Positions 19,875 through 28,675 of a DNA stretch of 64,000 nucleotides are shown here, piece by piece. Origin of the DNA: Candidatus Moanibacter sp. (lineage in GTDB: Bacteria; Verrucomicrobiota; Verrucomicrobiia; Opitutales; UBA2987); assembly GCA_965215885.1 (NCBI GenBank), contig CBDCEW010000088.1, forward strand, positions 1 through 64,000, read 5' to 3'. The stretch's first letter is position 1. Every line of letters begins with the position of its first letter. The position numbers were made by a program, and so were the translations under genes. The notes beneath the pieces were generated by a model, which ran no database searches, had not been told where the DNA came from, and was given only the letters and a program-made list of their open reading frames with translations.

Positions 19875-21197
19875 ATGATCGAAAGTCTCCCGGGATTTCG
19901 TGAGTTTTACCCGGAACGTTGCGCTGTTCGCAATTACATCTTCGAAACATGGCGGCGAACCGCGAAGAGTTTCGGGTTTTTGGAGTATGATGCTCCACTT
20001 CTTGAATCGCTCGAACTCTATGTAGAGAAGAGCGGAGAGGAGATCACTGAACAGCTCTTTACGTTTGTGGATCGGGGCGGCCGCGAAGTGGCGTTGCGGC
20101 CGGAAATGACCCCTTCCCTGGCGCGACTGGTGGGAAAGCGTGGGCAGAGTCTGAAACGGCCCATCAAGTGGTTTTCGGTGAGTCAGAACTTTCGCTACGA
20201 AAAACCGCAGAAGGGCCGGCTGCGGTCGCACTATCAATTGAATGCTGATATTCTGGGTGAGCCGGGCCCTACGGCCGATGCCGAGCTCATGGCCCTTTGC
20301 ATACAGCAACTTACGGAACTGGGTCTGAAGCCGGAGGATGTTTGGATCCGATTGAGCGATCGTGTGCTTTGGGTAGCCTTTCTATCATGTTTTGGATTTG
20401 AGGAACGACAGATCGCGGAATTGCTCGGCATAATCGATAAGCGGGAACGGGAAGAGAGAATGGCTACAATCGAGAAACTTCGCACCTATTTCCCCGAATC
20501 TGCGGAGGATTTTCTGGATAAGGTTGAAGATCTGGTGTCGGCGCGGACCATGGAGGATTTGAGATCCACGGTCATAAGGCACGTAGACGGCGGGGATTTG
20601 AGAACTGAGGTCGAGCACCGACTGACCGAATGGGAGGCTCTCCTCGAAAGTCTGGACGCAATGAAACTGATGCCTTTTGTTGGAATTGATCTGGGAATCG
20701 TTCGTGGGCTGGCTTATTACACCGGTTTCGTGTTCGAAGCTTTTGAACGGTCCGGAGAGTCGCGCTCTCTCGCGGGAGGAGGCCGCTATGACGATTTGAT
20801 AAAGAGGCTGGGATACATGGAGATTCCAGCGGTGGGTTTTGGCATGGGTGACGTAACCTTGACTGATGCCCTGGAAGCGAGAAATCTGCTCCCGGATATC
20901 ACGCAGTCTCCTGAAATTTACGTCGTTATAGGCGGTGAGGCGGAGAGAATTGCGGCTCTCGGTGATATCGGACTTCTACGGAAGCAAAGGTTCAGAGTAG
21001 AGTATCCGCTAAAGCTCTCAAAAATCGGGAAACAGCTCAAATCGGCCGGTCAATCGGGGGCGAGGCTAGCGCTCATTTACGGTTCTGATGAGCTGCAGAT
21101 ACAATCGGTAAAGATCCGGGACCTCGACTCACGGGAAGAGGAATTGGTGAAGCGAGTGGAGCTGTTGGATAGGGTTAAAGAGCTTTTGGGGTCTTGA
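19875..21197 (+). CDS. hisS: Histidyl-tRNA synthetase
   Basis: LRPEMTP, FRYEKPQKGRLR, VRGLAYYTG, GGGRYD and an anticodon-binding C-terminus. Confidence 0.97.
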   Translation: MIESLPGFREFYPERCAVRNYIFETWRRTAKSFGFLEYDAPLLESLELYVEKSGEEITEQLFTFVDRGGREVALRPEMTPSLARLVGKRGQSLKRPIKWFSVSQNFRYEKPQKGRLRSHYQLNADILGEPGPTADAELMALCIQQLTELGLKPEDVWIRLSDRVLWVAFLSCFGFEERQIAELLGIIDKREREERMATIEKLRTYFPESAEDFLDKVEDLVSARTMEDLRSTVIRHVDGGDLRTEVEHRLTEWEALLESLDAMKLMPFVGIDLGIVRGLAYYTGFVFEAFERSGESRSLAGGGRYDDLIKRLGYMEIPAVGFGMGDVTLTDALEARNLLPDITQSPEIYVVIGGEAERIAALGDIGLLRKQRFRVEYPLKLSKIGKQLKSAGQSGARLALIYGSDELQIQSVKIRDLDSREEELVKRVELLDRVKELLGS

Positions 21198-21843
21198 CTC
21201 GGTTGAGCGCCGATGCTGCGTTTTCTATGGAAGAGTTTGCGTGTAAGTCAGGCGGAGGGAGCGTCGTGGTCCGCATTATTGAGAATGGGCTTGATATACT
21301 CTGTGTTGGCGGGAGGGTTTTTGAGGAGGACACGTTTCTGGTGTTGAGTGAGAAGGTTGCGGTGGAACGCATCAGGAAAAGCAGTGAGCAACTTGTGCGC
21401 GACACGGAGCAATGGATTTCAGAGGCCGCCATTCCCGGAACCGTTCTTGTGCGTGGAAGAGATCCCTTTCGATTGATGGCGATCGTGCACAATTTTAAGC
21501 GCTTCGGGTTTAATTCCCCGAAGCTTGCTTCGTTTCTAATTCATAAAGTCTAATATCAAATGCCTCGGGGCTTGCCCCGAGGATCTTTACTGAGACGCCT
21601 TCGTGGAGAAAAGAGTGGGTGGCTGAGGCGCTTGACGGTGTATTCGAGCATGCGGAGATGCTCGATATCGAGGCTCTTCTTCTCCCTCTCCTGGGAAGAG
21701 TGCATGGTTCGTTGACTCCTTCGGAGTTTGTGTCGCTCTTCCGGGATGCACTCGAGCGCGTCTGTATCCAGAGCCTGAAGACGATTTTTCTCGAAGTTTC
21801 CGGCTCAGATCGATCTGAAGTTGAGCTTGCGATGAGCGAATGA
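21194..21843 (+). pseudogene. Hypothetical (macro-domain-like) gene split by a PATE insertion
   Basis: Removing 21499-21590 fuses ORFs 21194..21553 and 21619..21843 in frame: ...MAIVHNFN-ETPSWRKEWVAEALDG... Confidence 0.7.
21499..21590 (+). mobile_element. PATE-like (IS200/IS605-derived) element, copy 2
   Basis: 92 bp, 5' flank TTAA, two hairpins, ends in TTAC, no TSD; related to 4833-4927. Confidence 0.75.
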
Positions 21844-22667
21844 AGGACTTTCGGGGTCGAGCTGCCGTCATGGTGCTGTTTACCGTATTACCTTTACGAG
21901 GTGATGTCGAATCTATGGCCGAGAGACTGATAGGGGCACATGAGACCGGCGAATTGTTGCCTCTCGTATCGTCGGAGGATGCCGGTTTGAAATTGGATGC
22001 GGCTTACCGCATTCAACGCCTGTTTGTAGAAGAGCGGTCGAAGAAGGAGCGGATAAGCGGCTATAAGGCGGGCTTGACCACGAAAGCAAGCCAGAGTCGG
22101 TTCGGTTTGGGTTCGGCGCTTTCGGGAGTTCTTCTTGAATCGATGGACCGGACCGGAGAACGAGTCATTGAGTTGAATGAATTCCATCGTCTTTTGATTG
22201 AGACAGAAATTGCAATTATTGTGGATGAGCGAATTCGAGAGCGAGTTGAAGATACATCTGCGTTAAAGGAAATGGTAGGAGCGGTGGCGGCTTCCCTGGA
22301 GTTGCCGGATGTGCGGTTTGCGGAGGGAGAGAAGCTCAGGGGAATTGATTTAGCTGCCAGTAATGTGTCGGCAGCCGCTTACGTTTTGGGAGAGAAAACT
22401 GGTGATTTGACGGCGAATCTCTCCGAACTCGAGGTAACGCTCACGCTCAATGGTAAGATCGTTAGTGAAGGGCACGGATCGGATGCTTTCGGTGATCCCT
22501 GGGAGGCGGCGCTATGGTTGGTGAACAGCCTACTTGAACAGGGTTGGGCTATCGAGCCGGGCCACGTATTGCTAACCGGGGCGTTGGGAGACATTGTCCC
22601 CGCCGAGGCAGGAAATTATGAAGCCGATTTTGGATTCCTGGGGAAGCTGTCGATCGAGATCCGTTAG
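21840..22667 (+). CDS. 2-keto-4-pentenoate hydratase / FAA hydrolase family protein
   Basis: DAAYRIQ, GYKAGLT, IETEIA, LELPD and LLTGALG. Confidence 0.88.
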   Translation: MKDFRGRAAVMVLFTVLPLRGDVESMAERLIGAHETGELLPLVSSEDAGLKLDAAYRIQRLFVEERSKKERISGYKAGLTTKASQSRFGLGSALSGVLLESMDRTGERVIELNEFHRLLIETEIAIIVDERIRERVEDTSALKEMVGAVAASLELPDVRFAEGEKLRGIDLAASNVSAAAYVLGEKTGDLTANLSELEVTLTLNGKIVSEGHGSDAFGDPWEAALWLVNSLLEQGWAIEPGHVLLTGALGDIVPAEAGNYEADFGFLGKLSIEIR

Positions 22668-22673
22668 GAATCT

Positions 22674-22722
22674 GTCGGACCCTGACTCGAAAATTCCACA
22701 GATTTTCGAGTCAGGGTCCGAC
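22674..22722. repeat. Perfect 21-bp stem hairpin (collapsed MITE or terminator-like)
   Basis: GTCGGACCCTGACTCGAAAAT-TCCACAG-ATTTTCGAGTCAGGGTCCGAC between convergent genes. Confidence 0.8.
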
Positions 22723-22736
22723 TATAAGGCTGCTAG

Positions 22737-22918
22737 CCAGCAAATTTCACAAGCCATCTGCTACGATCCCGGCGCGCCGGGACACATCAAGGACTTGCCT
22801 CGTCCGCCGACTTCCACGTGTTCCAACACCCCGTCATCCGCCGGACTTTGGTAAGCCCTTGATCCGCCGTCCCGGCAAGCCGGGACTGTCTCGCGACGAA
22901 GTGTGTGAAATATGCGGG
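22737..22918. mobile_element. CTAG-flanked MITE, copy A
   Basis: Ends CCAGCAAATTTCACA ... TGTGAAATATGCGGG with CTAG on both sides; homologous to 51601-51676 and 54578-54753. Confidence 0.75.
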
Positions 22919-24034
22919 CTAGTGTTCTTCGATCATTCTTCGAACGACCGCTTTGAGATCACCTGTTTCCTTGAAAATGGCCATTTGCTTGTCTGCACCG
23001 GTCGGTGATTGCACCATCTTTTCGATGAGCTTGAGTTCGTCAACACAGTCAAATCGGCGAGCATAATCGCCGAGCTCATCCGCCAGATAGGTAACGTGCT
23101 CACGCGCGGGAATCGGCTTATGGGTGACGGGGTCAATCAACTTACCGTTCAAGCCGTAACGACATGCGGTCCATTTATTCTGCATGACCATGGTGGGATG
23201 AGTATCTCGCTGATAAACCCCTTCGTCGATATCATCGGAGAGTCTCCCCACGAGGCATTGAATGAGGGCAGTGAGTCCAAGCACTTCGTTGAGGCAGGAA
23301 GGCAGGTCGCAGATGCGGACTTCAATGGTTCCGAATCTTGGGTGGGGCCGGACATCCCACCAGATTTCACGAATGCTGTTGATGAAGCCTGTCTGAATGG
23401 AGTGGTTTACGAGCCAACAGTATTCGCTGTAGTTACGCAAGAATGGAGGCAGACCGGCAGCCGGCAATTGCTCCATAATTTTAGTCCGCTGGGAATGAAG
23501 GCCGGTATTGCGTCCGACCCAAAAGGGACTGTTTACGGAAAGAGCCAGGAGAGTGGGGAGGTAACGCATTAGGCGATCCACAAGCATAACCGCCTTATCA
23601 CCCGAATCCACGCCGACATGAACGTGCAAACTGAAAGTGACGATACGGCGTGCCGTATCTTGCATTTTTTCAACTAAGGAGAAGTAGCGATCGTTGGGAG
23701 TAATATCCTGATCAAACCAGTGAGAAAATGGATGCGTGGCCGACCAGAAGAGAAAGGTGTCAAGCTCCTCGGCCATCTCGCGCACGATACGGATTTTATC
23801 GGAGAGGTCCCTCCCTACATCGGCGACCGTTTCGCAGATCTCGGTATTGATCTCGAGGTAGCACTGCATGAGTTCGGGCTTGACGTAGGCGTGGTATTTC
23901 TTGGGTAGCCGCTCGAGAAGCTCGGTAATGATACTCTTTAAGGCGTAAGTTTCCTTGTCGACGAGTTGCAGCTCAAGCTCAACTCCGAGGGAGTGGCGGT
24001 CGTTTGTTGTAAAAGAAAGTTCTCCTTTACTCAT
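22919..24034 (-). CDS. ybdK: YbdK-family carboxylate-amine (glutamate-cysteine) ligase
   Basis: LGVELELQLVD, SLHVHVGV, LALSVNSPFW and WWDVRPHPRFGTIEVRICD. Confidence 0.93.
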   Translation of the reverse strand: MSKGELSFTTNDRHSLGVELELQLVDKETYALKSIITELLERLPKKYHAYVKPELMQCYLEINTEICETVADVGRDLSDKIRIVREMAEELDTFLFWSATHPFSHWFDQDITPNDRYFSLVEKMQDTARRIVTFSLHVHVGVDSGDKAVMLVDRLMRYLPTLLALSVNSPFWVGRNTGLHSQRTKIMEQLPAAGLPPFLRNYSEYCWLVNHSIQTGFINSIREIWWDVRPHPRFGTIEVRICDLPSCLNEVLGLTALIQCLVGRLSDDIDEGVYQRDTHPTMVMQNKWTACRYGLNGKLIDPVTHKPIPAREHVTYLADELGDYARRFDCVDELKLIEKMVQSPTGADKQMAIFKETGDLKAVVRRMIEEH

Positions 24035-24040
24035 TTCGGA

Positions 24041-24223
24041 TCAGAATTTGGAGAGGTGTATGGCCAAATGCGCGAGTATCCTTGCGCCGATAAGGGGGGC
24101 ATCTTCGTCGATATCGAATTCTGGAGAGTTAAGGTAGCGCCGCACCCCGCGAATCTCCTCAGCCATGCAGTCGAGAAAACGGCAGATTTCCTGGGAGAGC
24201 GGATTGGAGACCGATGCTTCCAT
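24041..24223 (-). pseudogene. Internally deleted M20 amidohydrolase remnant
   Basis: N-terminal EIRGVRRYL is fused directly to C-terminal NSPEFDIDEDAPLIGARILA; both are M20 amidohydrolase terminal motifs. 60 aa only. Confidence 0.7.
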
Positions 24224-24818
24224 TTACCAGTAGGAAAATCTGAGGCTTTGAAATGCCCTTCAATGCAGAACCTATCCTGATTAAACGCATCGTGAGAGCC
24301 GGTAGCAAACCGAAAAAATTCTATGTTCCTGACTCATCAGCGATGCCCTTCATTGCTGCTCCTTCCCGCAGGAGGATCTCCCGAAGGGTTATCCGGGCGA
24401 TTCTAATTGAGATCCGTTCTCATTATACATTTTTGTTAAATATATAATAAGAGAGCGCGGCTGATTTGGGGGGGGGAATTGGAGTAACGGCTGACGCCGT
24501 GTGGCAGACACCATCGCTCTGGATCGCAGGTATGATAACGGTGCTCAGGGTACTGAGGGCATCATGGTTCTGTTATCGGTTTTCGGGTATAGAGAGAGGT
24601 GTTGTGGTCGTAGAACTGATGAGAAAGCTTCTTGGTCACATTTCAGCAGGAATCTGCCCGGCCTTTGGTCTATTCCGGGGCAATCTGGGCGGTCTCTATG
24701 GAGTTTCTGACTCTCCCTCCTCAAACTGACTTGACAACGGAAACAATAAAAGTGTTCGTTCCGTTGCTCGAATGTTCTCGAATCGACATAACGTCACGGG
24801 CGAACCCGGCAACCCCTT

Positions 24819-24838
24819 AGTACTCGAATTCGAGTACT
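24819..24838. promoter_or_regulatory. 20-bp perfect palindrome upstream of hppA (candidate operator)
   Basis: AGTACTCGAATTCGAGTACT, 22 nt before the ATG; TTGACA at 24731. Confidence 0.35.
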
Positions 24839-24860
24839 CGATGATTCCAAATCCAGAGTT

Positions 24861-27050
24861 ATGGAAACGATATTCTGGTTAGCTCCAATTTCCGCGGTAA
24901 TAACCCTCGCGTTTGCCGGATTCTTTTTCCTGGGCATGAAGCGGGAGGATCCAGGCAATGAGCGCATGGTGCAGATTGCTTCCCATGTTACCGCTGGGGC
25001 GCACGCCTACTTGCGCCAGCAATATAAGATCGTCCTGATCGTCTTTGTGTTTCTTTTTCTGGTATTTGGATTTCTTGCGTTTGGCCTGAAAGTGCAAAAT
25101 CCTTTGGCGCCGGTGGCGTTTCTCACTGGCGGTTTTATCTCGGGACTGGCCGGTTATTTCGGGATGAAGACAGCCACCCACGCCGCCAGTCGCACGGCCC
25201 AGGCTGCGAGCAATTCACTGGATCACGGTCTGCGTGTAGCGTTTCGAAGCGGAGCAGTGATGGGGTTGTCTGTGGTAGGGCTCGGGCTGCTCGCGATTTC
25301 GATTTGGTTTGTAGTTTTGAGTATGATCTATCCGGTGGGTGGCGAATCTGCGGGCGACAATCTGATTCTGATCACGACTACGCTCTTGAGTTATGGAATG
25401 GGAGCTTCCCTGCAGGCGCTTTTCGCCCGCGTGGGTGGCGGTATCTATACGAAGGCTGCGGATGTGGGAGCCGATCTTGTCGGTAAAGTGGAGGCGGGCA
25501 TCCCCGAGGACGATCCGCGAAACGCCGCCGTGATTGCGGACAATGTTGGAGATTTCGTCGGTGATGTGGCGGGGATGGGGGCCGATCTCTTCGAGTCGTA
25601 TTGTGGCTCCATCATCGCTACTGCCGCTCTCGGCGCAGCCGCGTTTGCGGCTCAACCCGAGATGCAGTTCAAAGCCGTGATCGCGCCGATGGTGGTGGCA
25701 GGTGCAGGTGCGCTCCTGTCTATACTTGGGGTATTTTTTGTTCGAGTGAAAGAAGGCGCCGACCAAAAGGCGCTTCTGCATTCCCTGGATCGTGGCATTA
25801 ATATCAGTTCGATTTCGGTCATTGTCTGCTCCTACTTCATCATTCGTTACCTGGGTCTGGGGAATTCGGTGGGAATATGGGCGGCAGTGGTGATCGGTTT
25901 GGTCGTAGGTATCATCATCGGTAAGTCGACCGAGTATTACACTTCGCATTCGTTCAGGCCGACGCAGAGTATTGCGGAGAGCTCGAAGACAGGTCCTGCT
26001 ACCGTCATTATCTCCGGCATCGGCACGGGCATGATTTCGACCGTAATTCCAGTGGTGTCGGTAGCAGCCGGCATCGTGCTGGCATTTTTGTCTGCTTCGG
26101 GGGGATCTGGAAATATATCAATGGGGCTATACGGAATCGGCTTTGCCGCTGTAGGGATGCTTTCGACGCTCGGCATTACGTTGGCAACGGATGCCTATGG
26201 TCCGATCGCGGACAATGCCGGGGGCAATGCCGAAATGAGTGGACTGGATCCGCAGGTGAGGGATCGAACGGATGCGCTTGACGCTCTCGGAAACACGACC
26301 GCGGCAATCGGGAAAGGATTTGCCATCGGTTCTGCCGCTCTCACCGCGCTCGCACTATTGGCTTCGTATATCGAGCAGTTGAAGGTCGCGCTGAAGAAAA
26401 CCGAAGAGACGCTCAAGATGCCAGACGGTCGGGAGGTAGCGATCGACAAGGCCTCCTACTATGACTTTATCGCCTACTTCGATATTACTCTCATTAATCC
26501 CATCGTGCTCGTAGGCATTTTCGTTGGATCGCTCCTGGCATTTCTTTTCTGCGGGTTGACGATGCAGGCGGTTGGTCGCGCGGCCTCTTCCATGGTGGAG
26601 GAAGTGCGGCGCCAATTCAGAGAGATTCCCGGGATACTGGAGGGCAAAACCGAACCGGACTACGCCCGTTGCGTTGAGATTTCGACTCGCGGCGCCCAGC
26701 GCGAGATGCTCATGCCTTCAATGGTGGCGATCGGAACTCCTGTTGTGATCGCGCTCCTCTTCGGTCCGGCCGGGGTGATTGGGCTTCTCACGGGTGGTCT
26801 CTGTTCGGGATTTGTGTTAGCTGTTTTCATGGCTAACGCCGGCGGAGCGTGGGACAATGCCAAGAAATATATCGAGGAAGGGCATCTGGGTGGCAAGGGA
26901 TCGGATGCGCATAAGGCGACCGTAATCGGCGATACGGTTGGGGATCCATTCAAGGACACCTCCGGACCGAGCCTCAATATCCTTATTAAACTCATGAGCA
27001 TGGTATCGATCTCGATTGCAGGAGTCACGGTTGCTTACAGTTTGATGTAG
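24861..27050 (+). CDS. hppA: Membrane-bound K+-dependent Na+/H+-translocating pyrophosphatase
   Basis: [35 protein letters not shown] (Ala = K+-dependent), GGAWDNAKK and [14 protein letters not shown]. Confidence 0.96.
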   Translation: METIFWLAPISAVITLAFAGFFFLGMKREDPGNERMVQIASHVTAGAHAYLRQQYKIVLIVFVFLFLVFGFLAFGLKVQNPLAPVAFLTGGFISGLAGYFGMKTATHAASRTAQAASNSLDHGLRVAFRSGAVMGLSVVGLGLLAISIWFVVLSMIYPVGGESAGDNLILITTTLLSYGMGASLQALFARVGGGIYTKAADVGADLVGKVEAGIPEDDPRNAAVIADNVGDFVGDVAGMGADLFESYCGSIIATAALGAAAFAAQPEMQFKAVIAPMVVAGAGALLSILGVFFVRVKEGADQKALLHSLDRGINISSISVIVCSYFIIRYLGLGNSVGIWAAVVIGLVVGIIIGKSTEYYTSHSFRPTQSIAESSKTGPATVIISGIGTGMISTVIPVVSVAAGIVLAFLSASGGSGNISMGLYGIGFAAVGMLSTLGITLATDAYGPIADNAGGNAEMSGLDPQVRDRTDALDALGNTTAAIGKGFAIGSAALTALALLASYIEQLKVALKKTEETLKMPDGREVAIDKASYYDFIAYFDITLINPIVLVGIFVGSLLAFLFCGLTMQAVGRAASSMVEEVRRQFREIPGILEGKTEPDYARCVEISTRGAQREMLMPSMVAIGTPVVIALLFGPAGVIGLLTGGLCSGFVLAVFMANAGGAWDNAKKYIEEGHLGGKGSDAHKATVIGDTVGDPFKDTSGPSLNILIKLMSMVSISIAGVTVAYSLM

Positions 27051-27058
27051 AGGCTGAG

Positions 27059-27256
27059 ATGATATATAAACGCAGGGAATACTTTTCCGCCGGAACGGAG
27101 CAGGTTTGGGTTGTCGATCTAGAAAAGCAGGTGATCGAAGTGTTCTTTCCGGATTCGCGAAAGCTCATCGCCGGTTCCGGGGCGCTTGAAGGAGAGGGCA
27201 TTGTCGCGGGCCTTACTCTGGACGTGGGTGCAGTTTTCAGGCCCCTGAAGCCCTGA
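27059..27256 (+). pseudogene. Uma2/DUF820 endonuclease C-terminal fragment
   Basis: KRREYFSAGTEQVWVVD...GLTLDVGAVF; the N-terminal catalytic half is absent. Confidence 0.7.
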
Positions 27257-27381
27257 GCTTTACACATATTGGGAACGACCTTGCGCGGGGCCTTCCCATT
27301 ATAGTACATGGGTCCTCAGCGCCAATGCTGGTCATTCGTTCGCTGCTTCGCAATTTTGGCTGAGATCATCGGTGGAATGCC

Positions 27382-28617
27382 TTAAAATCTGCTAATGTCT
27401 CGGCCGAAGACAAGCGTCTTCAACCAGTCGAATAGGACGAGGGTTTTGTTCTTCCAACTCACCAGCTTAGTAAGATAAGCAGAACGCCAGAAGAGCCAGG
27501 TCGGAAAGCCGTACCCCTTAACGCCCGGCGTATCCGCGAGAGCACGCTGACTGCCAATGTAGGCCAACATCCCGAGGTGTCGATACTTGAAAGGTTTGAC
27601 TGCCTTTCCCCGCGCTTCGCGGTTCAGGAGCCGGGCGAGATATTTTCCCTCCTGCTGTGCCACTTGAGCGGTCGCGGGAAGCGATTCACCTTCCACGATT
27701 GCTCCATCCCCAATGGCATGGATGTTTCTTTGTCCCTTCAAGTTGAAATAATCGTCCGTGATGAGGCGCGATGCCCGATCTTTTGCAAAGGGGAGCTGCT
27801 TTACCAATGGAGTCGGAGCATTTCCGGTTGACCAGACAATAAGCCCTGAGGGCAATGCGGAATCGTCGGTCAGGATGAGTTGCTCCGCTTCGATCGCCGT
27901 GACTGTTGTTCCCGTTCGCACATCGATTCCCTTGCGCCGAAAGAGCTTCAGGGCGTAGTCGCGGAGGACGGAATGAAAGGTGCCCAGAATCTGATCCTGG
28001 GCCTCTATAACCGTAATCTGCACTTCACGGGCGATGTCCGGATACCATCGGTACAAGTCCTGCCGAAGAAAGTCGTGCATCTCAGCGGCGAATTCGATAC
28101 CAGTTGGCCCGCCGCCTACGACAACGAAATGGAGAAGCCTGCTGCGGTCCTTCTCCGGTAGACCCGGGGCACTCGCCCGCTCCAGGCATTCAATGATGCG
28201 CTGGCGGATGGCGCGCGCGTCGGAGAGCTGTCTTAAGAAGTATGCGTGTTCCCGTACGCCAGGCAGCCCGAACGTGTTACTCTCCGCGCCTACTGCAATA
28301 ACAAGGCGATCATATTGCAGCTTAAATCGCTGTCCGTCCGAGGTGGCAGCACAGGATATCTCCCGCTGTTTGGAATCAATATCGATGCAGTTTGCTTCGT
28401 AGTAGTGGATTCCTTTTCGGGCAACTCGGATCGGCTCGATGATGCTGCGAAATTCAATTGTACCGACTGTGGTGCTGGGGAGGAGAGGTGTGAAAAGGAA
28501 GTGATTTCGAGGACTGACTACCACGATGTCGTAGTGGCGTATTTCAATCCTTTTGATAAGACTGAAAGCGGCGAATCCAGTTCCAAGGATTGTAAGATTG
28601 GAGCGTTGTGTAGGCAT
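27382..28617 (-). CDS. ndh: Type II NADH:quinone oxidoreductase (NDH-2)
   Basis: ILGTGFAA, FLFTPLLPS, VVGGGPTGIEFAAE, AIGD, PATAQVAQQEG and WRSAYL. Confidence 0.93.
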   Translation of the reverse strand: MPTQRSNLTILGTGFAAFSLIKRIEIRHYDIVVVSPRNHFLFTPLLPSTTVGTIEFRSIIEPIRVARKGIHYYEANCIDIDSKQREISCAATSDGQRFKLQYDRLVIAVGAESNTFGLPGVREHAYFLRQLSDARAIRQRIIECLERASAPGLPEKDRSRLLHFVVVGGGPTGIEFAAEMHDFLRQDLYRWYPDIAREVQITVIEAQDQILGTFHSVLRDYALKLFRRKGIDVRTGTTVTAIEAEQLILTDDSALPSGLIVWSTGNAPTPLVKQLPFAKDRASRLITDDYFNLKGQRNIHAIGDGAIVEGESLPATAQVAQQEGKYLARLLNREARGKAVKPFKYRHLGMLAYIGSQRALADTPGVKGYGFPTWLFWRSAYLTKLVSWKNKTLVLFDWLKTLVFGRDISRF

Positions 28618-28675
28618 CTTCGCTTCTGTGCACCTTTGCTAAGGAGTAAACGGCGCCGCCGGCATGCGAAAGATT

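Noticed and set aside
24730..24860. Na+ or other riboswitch upstream of hppA
   Set aside because: I could not match any consensus by eye; an Infernal/Rfam search would be needed.
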